Of a DNA stretch of 28,001 nt, positions 9,506-18,448 are shown one piece after another (positions within the stretch are counted from its first letter, which is position 1; every line of letters begins with the position of its first letter). The translations under genes and the position numbers were made by a program. Origin of the DNA: an uncultured Bacilli bacterium (GTDB taxonomy: Bacteria > Bacillota_I > Bacilli_A > RF39 > UBA660); assembly GCA_947598425.1 (NCBI GenBank), contig CANQFH010000001.1:1-28001 (forward strand), in the 5' to 3' direction. A model generated the notes under the pieces. That model searched no databases. It worked only from the letters and a program-made list of their open reading frames with translations, and was not told the origin of the DNA.

Positions 9506-10865
9506 ATCGAGATCTAACTCTGGTATATAAATTCTTTAATTCATATTTATCAATAGTAATTACTCTACCTCCTAAAGGTTTTATTTCTTCACCAAAAACT
9601 ATCCAAATAGCATCTAAAGGTTTTTGAGGTATACTAGCATAGCCATCAGTAAAAATTATTTTATTTTCTACTCTATTAGTAAAAGCCTCTACTGCAACAT
9701 CAAAGTTAGTACCACCACCACCTTGAAAAACCATATTTTCAATATCTTCTTCGCTTCTTATTTCATAAAATCCATAAAATTTAGTATCAAAGCAACCAAC
9801 TTTCATTCTCGAATAAGGTAAAATATTCTTACATTCTCTTAAAAAGCTTTTTAATAAATCACTATCAATAGAACCACTAGTATCTAAAAGAATTTCTGTT
9901 TCCGGTACCATTCGTTCTTCTAAATTAGCCATAACCACACCATCTTCGATATAGGCATTTTTATAAGACCAATCAACATCATAATTAATAGCCTCTCTTA
10001 AAAGATAACGCCAATCTAATAATGGCTTTCCTATTCCAATATCAGTTATATCTAGACTATCACCATTACTTTTAGTACCAAAATTCATTGCTTGTTCAGC
10101 TATATCATTTTTTAATTTATCCAATTCTTCTTGTTTTTCTTTTTGATTATGTTGAAAAGCTTCTTTTTCTCCTATTTTACTAATCTTTTTAGATTCTTTT
10201 TGTAATTCATCTTTTTTATTATTGTTATTATTACTTTCTTCATTATTGGCTTGTTTCTTCTTTTCTAAAGCTTTTTTCCACATACTATGTGAGTCATGAC
10301 CGGCATCTTTATTTTCTTGTTCATTACTATTCCCATTTTGTTTATTATCTTCCTTAACTTCATTATTACCATTAGAATTATTATTTTCATTTTGAGAATT
10401 TTGTTCATTGTTTTGTTTGTTTTCTTCATTATAATCTTCATCTTGGTTTTGATCATCACTATTTTGCATTAAGATTTCATATAATTTTTCAGCATCATAA
10501 TTAATAGCTTCAGGGATATTAACGGCACCAGAGACTAATTTTAAACCATCCTTTTTTAAAAATTGATTAATAACGGCATCGGTTGCAATATTCCAAACAT
10601 GTTCATCTTTATTTTCACTGCGATTGATATGATCAAAAGCAATATGACATACTTCATGTGCAAGGGTAAAGGTTTGTTCTGAGGCATCTAGTTTTTGCAT
10701 AAAGTTCGGATTATAATAAATGACTTCCCCATCAGTTTCTGCTGTTTTAATGGAAGTATCTATTTGATAAGTAGAATTAGCTAAAACCCCTCCAAAAAAA
10801 GGATATTTTACTAACATTTTTCTTTTAATTGTTTCAATATCAAAATTCATAAACACCTCATACAT
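9504..10865 (-). CDS. DUF2201-type protein: N-terminal HExxH metallopeptidase-like domain, low-complexity linker, C-terminal vWA domain
   Basis: TAETDG..YYNPNF, LAHEVCH, WNIATDAVIN; MIDAS elements LLDTSGS, GGGGTNF, IFTDGY. Confidence 0.88.
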   Translation of the reverse strand: MYEVFMNFDIETIKRKMLVKYPFFGGVLANSTYQIDTSIKTAETDGEVIYYNPNFMQKLDASEQTFTLAHEVCHIAFDHINRSENKDEHVWNIATDAVINQFLKKDGLKLVSGAVNIPEAINYDAEKLYEILMQNSDDQNQDEDYNEENKQNNEQNSQNENNNSNGNNEVKEDNKQNGNSNEQENKDAGHDSHSMWKKALEKKKQANNEESNNNNNKKDELQKESKKISKIGEKEAFQHNQKEKQEELDKLKNDIAEQAMNFGTKSNGDSLDITDIGIGKPLLDWRYLLREAINYDVDWSYKNAYIEDGVVMANLEERMVPETEILLDTSGSIDSDLLKSFLRECKNILPYSRMKVGCFDTKFYGFYEIRSEEDIENMVFQGGGGTNFDVAVEAFTNRVENKIIFTDGYASIPQKPLDAIWIVFGEEIKPLGGRVITIDKYELKNLYTRVRSR

Positions 10866-11241
10866 GCGCTACTAAAGAATATATTTCTTCATTAATTGTA
10901 TCTTTATTAATATTACTTGCTGTTAATATAATTACTACATTAGAAGGCAATTTAAATGTTGATATTTGCTTACTTTCTAATAATTCGATAAATTTTAATT
11001 GTTCTTCTTTAGATATAGTATCAATTCTATCTATTACAAGTAAACTCTTTTCAGCATTTAACTTCTTAAACCATTCTGGAGCAACATAACTATCATTATC
11101 ATAATGGCCACATAATTCACTTTTGGATATATTAGCAGGTATTACTACTGCATATGGTAATTTACTTACATCAAAGTTTGTTAATATCGGAGCTACATTA
11201 CTTATAATATAATTTTTTAATAATTCTTTTTTTTCTTTCAT
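10858..11241 (-). CDS. Degenerate (inactive) AAA+ core, paralogous to the neighbouring ATPase
   Basis: Aligns by eye to the upstream ATPase (PEWFKKL/PTWLKKL, LLVIDR/IVFFDE, KLPSNVVII/NLPNNARIV, IYSLVAHV/LFNRFAHV); no Walker A. Confidence 0.75.
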   Translation of the reverse strand: MKEKKELLKNYIISNVAPILTNFDVSKLPYAVVIPANISKSELCGHYDNDSYVAPEWFKKLNAEKSLLVIDRIDTISKEEQLKFIELLESKQISTFKLPSNVVIILTASNINKDTINEEIYSLVAHV

Positions 11242-13052
11242 AATCTTCGACCTTCAGCTATTCTTGTTGTGGCAATTATTTCTAAACGAGATTCATCATT
11301 ACGAACCCAAATGTTATCAAATAATGCAACAAGCTCCAAACCTAATTTTTTAACAAAATCTCGAACTTTGATAACATTTTCTTCATCTACTTGTGATAAA
11401 TTCATAACTGTAGCATACTTTGAGGCAATATTTAATGATTCGATATTTTGATCAGTATAATTATCATTAAGAACAGCATCTAAAGTGATTATTGGTTCTT
11501 TACAAAAAGTTACAAACTCTCTAGTTATACCTTCTCCAACCAAAGCTCTTAACATCTCCGGATTATTGGTAGCATATAACATTTTAGAAGCCATTTCCCA
11601 TTTTCGAGGATCAGCATTAGGTTTTTCACCATCATACTTACTGCGTAATGTTTCCCCTTTTCTATAGGCAATATAAGCACAGATAGCAGGATGAATATTA
11701 TTTTCACCAGCCCACTTTAACCAACTTTCGGGAGTTGTTTTAATATACACATGAGCAAAGCGATTGAATAATGGTTCTGCAAGTTTATTAGCTGCTAAAG
11801 AATCATTCATTTCATTACCAGCAGCAACTATTCGAGCATTATTAGGTAAATTCCAAATACCATTAACTTCTTTATCTAAAATTATATTAAAAGCAATACC
11901 TTGAATACTTGGTAAGGCATTAGTTAATTCATCAAAGAAAACTATATGTAATTTATCAGGTTCATTTTCACATAACATTTCTAATTTTTTTAACCATGTT
12001 GGTTTAATATCAATCATTTCTCCAGTCTCAGAATTATATACACTTTTACCATTTAAACTTTCGGGAGTTGCATTTCTTAGATAGATAGTTATGCAATTTT
12101 TATCTATTTGTTTAACACGAGCACTTTTTCCTTCTGATGATGGTCCATGTAAAAATACTGCAACTCCACTTTCAATGGCTCCTTTGATTATATCTTCTTC
12201 ACTTACTTTTTTTAAGTTAAAACCATAAGGATTATTTACTTTTTTTACTGTAACAAGTTCTTGAGTTAAATCAAATAACATATATCTATCTAAAAATTGG
12301 TATAATTCTGTTTTAGAAAAATCATCAAACCATTCTTCTGTTTGAGCAAATCTAATACCTCCAAGTAAACCTCTTCTAGATATTAAAGTATTTGTTTCAT
12401 AATCCACTAACCATCTAACTGGAGATACTTCTATCCATACCCAATCACCATCTTTATATTTAATACCATTTGATAAAGTTACAGATTGTTCATAATTTAA
12501 TCTCGCTTGAACTCTAACATATCTTTTATTATCATATAGATATTCTTTACAGGCTAATGGTTCAAAAGGCCTATCATCATAATCCGGAGTAGGATCGTTC
12601 TTATCAATGAAAAAATATCTTCCAGTTAATTGTAAATTCGAATGAACGACAGAAGAATTAAGTTGCTTTTGAATTTTACCATCGGCAGCATATTGAGGAT
12701 ATTCACCCAATTCTATTTCCTCGACTCCATTATAACCAATTATTCTTTCGCCTGGTGGCATTGCTGATATTTTTAATACTGGTCTAATAGCAGCGGTTCT
12801 AGTATTACAACTACAACCAAGTGGAACTACACACATTCTTACTACATGACCCATGGGGGTTACTGTTTTAGTATAAATCCAACCTGCATTACCTTTTAGT
12901 GGTCCTTCTTGAACAACTTTGGTAACATCAATATCACTATAAGCTCCAGTAACTAAAGCAAAGTCTGTAACTGCAGCTTTACTACCCCACTTCTTTATGG
13001 TCTCTAAAGAGTTATAATCATCTAATGAAAGGATACTTATATCTTCTATCAT
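11238..13052 (-). CDS. MoxR/dynein-related AAA+ ATPase (AAA_5-like) with ~280-aa N-terminal extension
   Basis: Walker A GPSSEGKS, Walker B IVFFDE, sensor I AAGN, R-finger NRF, DPRKWE; N-terminus carries an RPVL motif (DUF6273-like) plus GEYPQ and VSPVRWLV. Confidence 0.88.
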   Translation of the reverse strand: MIEDISILSLDDYNSLETIKKWGSKAAVTDFALVTGAYSDIDVTKVVQEGPLKGNAGWIYTKTVTPMGHVVRMCVVPLGCSCNTRTAAIRPVLKISAMPPGERIIGYNGVEEIELGEYPQYAADGKIQKQLNSSVVHSNLQLTGRYFFIDKNDPTPDYDDRPFEPLACKEYLYDNKRYVRVQARLNYEQSVTLSNGIKYKDGDWVWIEVSPVRWLVDYETNTLISRRGLLGGIRFAQTEEWFDDFSKTELYQFLDRYMLFDLTQELVTVKKVNNPYGFNLKKVSEEDIIKGAIESGVAVFLHGPSSEGKSARVKQIDKNCITIYLRNATPESLNGKSVYNSETGEMIDIKPTWLKKLEMLCENEPDKLHIVFFDELTNALPSIQGIAFNIILDKEVNGIWNLPNNARIVAAGNEMNDSLAANKLAEPLFNRFAHVYIKTTPESWLKWAGENNIHPAICAYIAYRKGETLRSKYDGEKPNADPRKWEMASKMLYATNNPEMLRALVGEGITREFVTFCKEPIITLDAVLNDNYTDQNIESLNIASKYATVMNLSQVDEENVIKVRDFVKKLGLELVALFDNIWVRNDESRLEIIATTRIAEGRRL

Positions 13053-14440
13053 TTTATACCACCTATCCTACTAGCTTCTTTTTCCATAAGATTACTAATC
13101 TTAATATTATATAATTTTTCAACATCTTTATTACTCATACTAAATATTGGATTTAATAACCCTTTTGCATCGATAATATATTGATTATTATTTATTAAAA
13201 TATTAATTTTAATTATTAACATTATTTTAGATATTCTTCTTAAGATATCTTTATTTAATTCTTTATTTATATGATATTTTAAACATATATCACTAATATC
13301 ATCTAAATGCTTTTTATTATTCCAAATGATTCCTAATTTATTTAATAAATATTCTCTATTTAAATATAATAGTCCTCTTTTATATGCTGTTCTTTGATTA
13401 GATAACCATACCCCTAAAGGTAAACCATCTTGGTCATAAGTAATTCCATCTTTAGTACAAAAAGCTTTATTAATATTTAAATTACCGTAATAATGATGAT
13501 AATTACAAGCTAAATCATAATATTTATTCCAAGTATAGTCTTGAACTTCCCAAATCATGCCAATACTATTTAATCTTTCAATATTATTTTCAGAAACTTT
13601 ATTATCGTAATTTGCCGCTCTTTGACTATGCAACCATTTACTTAAATTAGTACCATATTCACTTACTTCATAACCATTAGTAGTTATAAAATTATCAGGA
13701 ACATCTAAATTACCATAATGTTCATAGTAACTTTTAGCAAGGGCAAAATTGGCTTCCCAATCTAACTTACTGGCATCCCAGACCATACCTAATGCTTCTA
13801 ACTTAGCTATTTTATCTTGAGATAATTCATTATTTGTATATAGAGTTCTTTGTCTACTAATCCATCGACCTAACTTATAATCAGGAATACTATAAGTATT
13901 ATCAGTGATAAATTTAATAGGTATTAAGATATTATTATGTTTTTCTTGATATTCCTTTACTAAATGATAACTTTTCTCCCATAAGCTTTCTTGTTTAGGT
14001 ATATCGATACCATAAACTTGACTAGCCTCTAATAAAGACATATTGAATATAGGATGGACAATACCATCACTATTAGTAATACTTTCATTAACTCCTAATA
14101 AATAGTTGATTTTAATTTTAAATTCTGCCGCAGGCATTCTTTGTAAAACTTTTCGATTTAATTTATAATCTATACTATATGTTTCATATAACTTTTTAAC
14201 ACTATCTTTTGATTCTTTTAATATCCAAGTCATTCCAATATTATTTAATTTACTAACTCTCTCTGATTCTAATATTCCATTTAAATGATTGACTCTTTGA
14301 TCATGAATCCAACTACCTAAAGGAAAACCATTTTCATTATAAGTAATACCATCTTGGGTTTTAAAACTACTAGATATATACAAATTACCATGATAATGAT
14401 AGTATTTACTAGCTAAATTATAAGCCTCTATCCATTTCAT
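13049..14440 (-). CDS. Helicase-associated (HA) repeat protein A: 4 HA repeats and 2 copies of an unnamed cap domain
   Basis: Repeats of W..Y..A..Y....GNL....LG.W...QR....L......L..IG..W; no helicase motifs. Confidence 0.85.
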   Translation of the reverse strand: MKWIEAYNLASKYYHYHGNLYISSSFKTQDGITYNENGFPLGSWIHDQRVNHLNGILESERVSKLNNIGMTWILKESKDSVKKLYETYSIDYKLNRKVLQRMPAAEFKIKINYLLGVNESITNSDGIVHPIFNMSLLEASQVYGIDIPKQESLWEKSYHLVKEYQEKHNNILIPIKFITDNTYSIPDYKLGRWISRQRTLYTNNELSQDKIAKLEALGMVWDASKLDWEANFALAKSYYEHYGNLDVPDNFITTNGYEVSEYGTNLSKWLHSQRAANYDNKVSENNIERLNSIGMIWEVQDYTWNKYYDLACNYHHYYGNLNINKAFCTKDGITYDQDGLPLGVWLSNQRTAYKRGLLYLNREYLLNKLGIIWNNKKHLDDISDICLKYHINKELNKDILRRISKIMLIIKINILINNNQYIIDAKGLLNPIFSMSNKDVEKLYNIKISNLMEKEASRIGGIK

Positions 14441-14443
14441 ATT

Positions 14444-15568
14444 TTACCCCCTAACTATAGAATCTCTTTGATATAAATTGATACCATATTCTTCTATGAT
14501 ATCTTTATTAGACATCTTAAATATTTTATTTAATTTACCATTAACGTCTACAATATTTTCATTTACACTTTGTAAATAATCTATTTTTAACATTAATTCT
14601 TTTTCAGATATTCTTTTTAAAATAGCTTTATTTAATTCATAATCAATATGATATTTTAAACAAAGATCTTTAACAGTATTTTTATTTAATTTTATATCCC
14701 AAATCATATCAATATTATTTAATTTAGTTACTTTATCAGGACTTAATTTTTCTTTTTGATAATCACTTCTTTGCAGACAAATCCATTGTCCTAAACTTAA
14801 TCCTTCGATATCAGCATTAATACCATCTTTAGTAGTAAATCTTCTATTAACATTTAAATTACCATAAAATTCATAATATTTTGTAGCTAAGTCATAATAT
14901 TGTTCCCAAATATAATCATGAGTATTCCAAACCATTCCAATATCCTCTAACTTATCTATTCGATACTGACTTAACTTTCCTAATCTATATTCTTGTCTTT
15001 GTTCAGCTATCCAGTGTCCTAAACAAAGGTTATTACTTACATAATCAAAACTAACCACTAAATTACCATTACTTTCATAATATTGATATGCTAAATTATA
15101 ATAACTTTCCCAAGTATTATCATAACAGTTCCAGATCATTCCTATCAAATTTAATAAATATTCTCTTTCTTCATATAAAGTTTTTGTTTGATATTGATTT
15201 CTTTGAATATGAATCCAATTAGCTAAAGGTAGACCTTCATTATCATAATTAATACCATCTTTAGTTTTATATCCAGCTGGTACATCTAAATTACCATATT
15301 TAGTATAATAATTACACGCTAATGTATAATATTTATTCCAAGTATAATCAAATGAATTCCAGATCATTCCCAATTCATTTAATTTCACTTTTCGATATCT
15401 TAATAATGTATTTGCTTGATAAGCACATCTTTGAGAATTAACCCAGCTTCCTAAAGAAAAATTAGGAATACTATATGTAGCATCAGTTACAAACTTAGCT
15501 GGAACATTTACATTATGATTTTTATCTTTATATTCTTTTAATAAACTATAAGCCTCTATCCATTCCAT
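14444..15568 (-). CDS. HA repeat protein B: 4 HA repeats and C-terminal cap domain
   Basis: Same HA consensus four times; ends CLKYHIDYELN...IFKMSNKD. Confidence 0.85.
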   Translation of the reverse strand: MEWIEAYSLLKEYKDKNHNVNVPAKFVTDATYSIPNFSLGSWVNSQRCAYQANTLLRYRKVKLNELGMIWNSFDYTWNKYYTLACNYYTKYGNLDVPAGYKTKDGINYDNEGLPLANWIHIQRNQYQTKTLYEEREYLLNLIGMIWNCYDNTWESYYNLAYQYYESNGNLVVSFDYVSNNLCLGHWIAEQRQEYRLGKLSQYRIDKLEDIGMVWNTHDYIWEQYYDLATKYYEFYGNLNVNRRFTTKDGINADIEGLSLGQWICLQRSDYQKEKLSPDKVTKLNNIDMIWDIKLNKNTVKDLCLKYHIDYELNKAILKRISEKELMLKIDYLQSVNENIVDVNGKLNKIFKMSNKDIIEEYGINLYQRDSIVRG

Positions 15569-15570
15569 AT

Positions 15571-16449
15571 CTATTTTCCTTTTCTATTATAACTAAAAGC
15601 ATCCCAAATCATATTAATCTTATTTAGTTTATCTATTCTATCTTGAGATAATCTTTTCTTTTTATAACTATATCTTTGACTATTAATCCAAACCCCTAAA
15701 GTAATACCATCTTGATTATAATTTATACCATCTTTAGTTATAAAATCTCTTTTAACTCGCAAATCACCATAATAATTATAATATTTACTAGCTAAATCAT
15801 AACAAACTAACCAATTATAATCATGAGCATCCCAAATCATCCCAATAGCATTTAACTTAGTTATTTTATCTTTATTAATAACTCCTTCAAGATAACTACT
15901 TCTTTGATAATGAATCCAGGAACCTAAAAATAAACCACTTTTCGTTTTATAACTATAAGGAATATTTAAATTACCATTTAATTTATAATAATTTTGAGCT
16001 TCTAAATAGTATTTCTCCCAATTATTTTTATTCCATAAGATACCAATATCATTTAATTTGTTAATCTTATCTGCACTTAAAATTCCTTGTTTATAATCCC
16101 TTCTTTGAACAGATATCCAAGCTCCTAAGTTAACACCATTCTTAGTTTGATAACGATTAGTAATATCAAGATTACCATGACTTTTATAATATTTTTGAGC
16201 CTCTAAATAATTTTGATTCCATAAATATTCTCTGACATTCCAAATCATTTTAATTTTATTTAATTTAGTAATCTCTTTTTTTGTTAATAATTCCTTTTGA
16301 TAATTACCTCTTTGAATACTTATCCATCTACCTAATTTATAATTTGGCACACTATAAGTGTTATCTGTAATATATTTAAAAGGTATTAAACAATTTTTAT
16401 TCTTTTGATAATATTCGAAAGCTAAATTATATATCTCTTCCCATTTCAC
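15571..16449 (-). CDS. HA repeat protein C: 4 HA repeats, no cap domain
   Basis: HA consensus four times; GTG start with AGGGGG RBS. Confidence 0.85.
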   Translation of the reverse strand: MKWEEIYNLAFEYYQKNKNCLIPFKYITDNTYSVPNYKLGRWISIQRGNYQKELLTKKEITKLNKIKMIWNVREYLWNQNYLEAQKYYKSHGNLDITNRYQTKNGVNLGAWISVQRRDYKQGILSADKINKLNDIGILWNKNNWEKYYLEAQNYYKLNGNLNIPYSYKTKSGLFLGSWIHYQRSSYLEGVINKDKITKLNAIGMIWDAHDYNWLVCYDLASKYYNYYGDLRVKRDFITKDGINYNQDGITLGVWINSQRYSYKKKRLSQDRIDKLNKINMIWDAFSYNRKGK

Positions 16450-17497
16450 AATTTATCCCCCTTTGATATAAATCGATACCATATTCATTAATGATATCTT
16501 TATTAGACATTTTAAATATTTTATTTAAATGACCATGATTATCTATAATATTTTCATTAATACTTTGTAAATAATTTATTTTTAATATTAATTCTTTTAT
16601 TGCTATTCTTTTTAAAATATCTTTATTTAATTCATAATTGATATGATATTCTAAACAAAGATCTTTAACTTCTTTTTGATTTAGTCGTATATCCCAAATC
16701 ATCCCAATATTACTTAATTTAGTAATTCTATCGGTACTTAAAATACCTTTTTGATAATTATATCTTTGAGTATTAAGCCATACTCCTAAAGGTAGGCCTT
16801 CTTCATCATAAGTAACACCATCTTTAGTCTTAAATTTTCGATGAATATGTAGATTACCATAACTTTCATAATATTTAGTAGCTAAGTGATAATAAACTTC
16901 CCACATATAAGTAAGAACGTTCCAAATCATCCCAATGCTATTTAGTTTATTAATTCTTTCTGGACTTAAATTACCATAGCTATTTCTTTGATCATGAATC
17001 CAACTACCTAATTTAATACCATCTTCTTCATAATCTATCGGTACCACTAAATTATTATTCTTTTTATAATAATTACAAGCAGCTTGATACATTTGCTCCC
17101 AACTATCTTTTTGATAAAACCAAATGATTCCTAAACTATTTAATTTAGCTATCCGTTCAGGACTTAATTTACCTAACTTATAAGATTCTTTTTGATGAGC
17201 TAACCATCTATTTATAGAAGTATCTAAAACTAAATTAATATTCCCATATTCTTCATAATATTTTTTCAAAATATTATATTTTTCTTCCCAATTATTTTCT
17301 CTTTTATTCCAAATAATACCGATACTTTCTAATTTATTAATTTGTTCTTTACTTAACTTACCTAAACTATATTTAATTTTAATATTACTAAGCCATATAC
17401 CTAATTTAACACCATTTATAATATAATCTTTAGGTATATTTAAATCACCATGACATTCATAATATTCTTTAGCTAATTCATAATTATAATCCCACAT
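16427..17497 (-). CDS. HA repeat protein D: 4 HA repeats and C-terminal cap domain
   Basis: HA consensus four times; AAGGAG RBS overlapping the upstream stop. Confidence 0.85.
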   Translation of the reverse strand: MWDYNYELAKEYYECHGDLNIPKDYIINGVKLGIWLSNIKIKYSLGKLSKEQINKLESIGIIWNKRENNWEEKYNILKKYYEEYGNINLVLDTSINRWLAHQKESYKLGKLSPERIAKLNSLGIIWFYQKDSWEQMYQAACNYYKKNNNLVVPIDYEEDGIKLGSWIHDQRNSYGNLSPERINKLNSIGMIWNVLTYMWEVYYHLATKYYESYGNLHIHRKFKTKDGVTYDEEGLPLGVWLNTQRYNYQKGILSTDRITKLSNIGMIWDIRLNQKEVKDLCLEYHINYELNKDILKRIAIKELILKINYLQSINENIIDNHGHLNKIFKMSNKDIINEYGIDLYQRGINCEMGRDI

Positions 17498-17507
17498 ATA
17501 CTACTCC

Positions 17508-18392
17508 TTACTTCGATTTACGACTTTTTCTAAAGTTAACTTTATATACTTCATTAATATCTTTTAAAGACATATTAAATATGGGATGAAGTATGCCTTC
17601 AGAATTAACTATATCTGCATCAATACTTAATAAATAATCTATTTTAGCTTGAAATAATGCCGGGACTGTTCTTTTATAATTCTCTTTATTCTTTTCTAAA
17701 TCTATACCATAAGTTTTACATATATTATTCATAATATCTCTATTAACTCTAGTTTTCCAAACTATTCCAATATTATTTAACTTTTCTTCACGATCTGGAT
17801 ACAATTTATTATTATTTCTAAAATATTTTTGATCTCTTAACCATACTCCTAAAGGTAGACCTTCTTCACAATAAGTAATTCCATCTAAAGTTTTAAATTT
17901 ATTTTTTATTTTTAAATTACCATAATGATTATAATAAGTTTGAGCTAGGTTATAATATTGCTCCCAAACATAATCATAATAGTTCCAAATCATTCCTATC
18001 TTATTTAATAATTCTACACGAGAATCTATTAAAATACCTTGATTATATGTACATCTTTGGTAATGAATCCATGCTCCTAAATTAAAATCATTAACTACAT
18101 AATCATAAGGTATAGCTAAATTACCATTTAATTCATAGTATTTTTTAGCTTCTAAATAGTTTTGATTCCAATCTTCATCAATCATATTCCAAATAACATG
18201 AATCTCTTCAAGTAAAGATGCTCTTTCTGAACTTAAATTATCACTAGAATATAAATATCTTTGAAGTGCTAACCATTTTCCTAATTTAATATCATTGATT
18301 ATATAATCTTTTGGAATATTTAAATTACCATGAGTATGATAATAATCTACTGCGAGTTGATATATTTCATTCCATCTATTATTATTCAACAT
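17508..18392 (-). CDS. HA repeat protein E: 3 HA repeats and C-terminal cap domain
   Basis: HA consensus three times. Start set at ATG 18392 (GGGGG RBS) rather than 18407. Confidence 0.85.
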   Translation of the reverse strand: MLNNNRWNEIYQLAVDYYHTHGNLNIPKDYIINDIKLGKWLALQRYLYSSDNLSSERASLLEEIHVIWNMIDEDWNQNYLEAKKYYELNGNLAIPYDYVVNDFNLGAWIHYQRCTYNQGILIDSRVELLNKIGMIWNYYDYVWEQYYNLAQTYYNHYGNLKIKNKFKTLDGITYCEEGLPLGVWLRDQKYFRNNNKLYPDREEKLNNIGIVWKTRVNRDIMNNICKTYGIDLEKNKENYKRTVPALFQAKIDYLLSIDADIVNSEGILHPIFNMSLKDINEVYKVNFRKSRKSK

Positions 18393-18419
18393 AAAAATAA
18401 CCCCCAAAATATAGGGATT

Positions 18420-18448
18420 ATTCTAACATTATTATGATAGTTTGTCAA
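18420..18448 (-). promoter_or_regulatory. Near-consensus sigmaA promoter of the HA/AAA/vWA operon
   Basis: TTGACA (18448-18443), 17 nt, TGt-TAGAAT (18425-18420). Confidence 0.75.

Noticed and set aside
10180-10460. Asn/Glu/Gln/Lys-rich low-complexity stretch
   Set aside because: Expected variable linker between the peptidase and vWA domains of DUF2201-type proteins; no tandem nucleotide unit seen.
9624-11667. Short ORFs 9624-9821(+), 10265-10459(-), 11269-11451(+), 11485-11667(+)
   Set aside because: Antisense or alternate-frame shadows of the vWA and AAA genes; the 10265 ORF simply reflects the low-complexity linker.
13049-18392. Repetitive DNA as a CRISPR array or mobile element
   Set aside because: Repeats are ~200-nt degenerate coding modules in open frames, with no identical short repeats/spacers, cas genes, transposase or terminal repeats.
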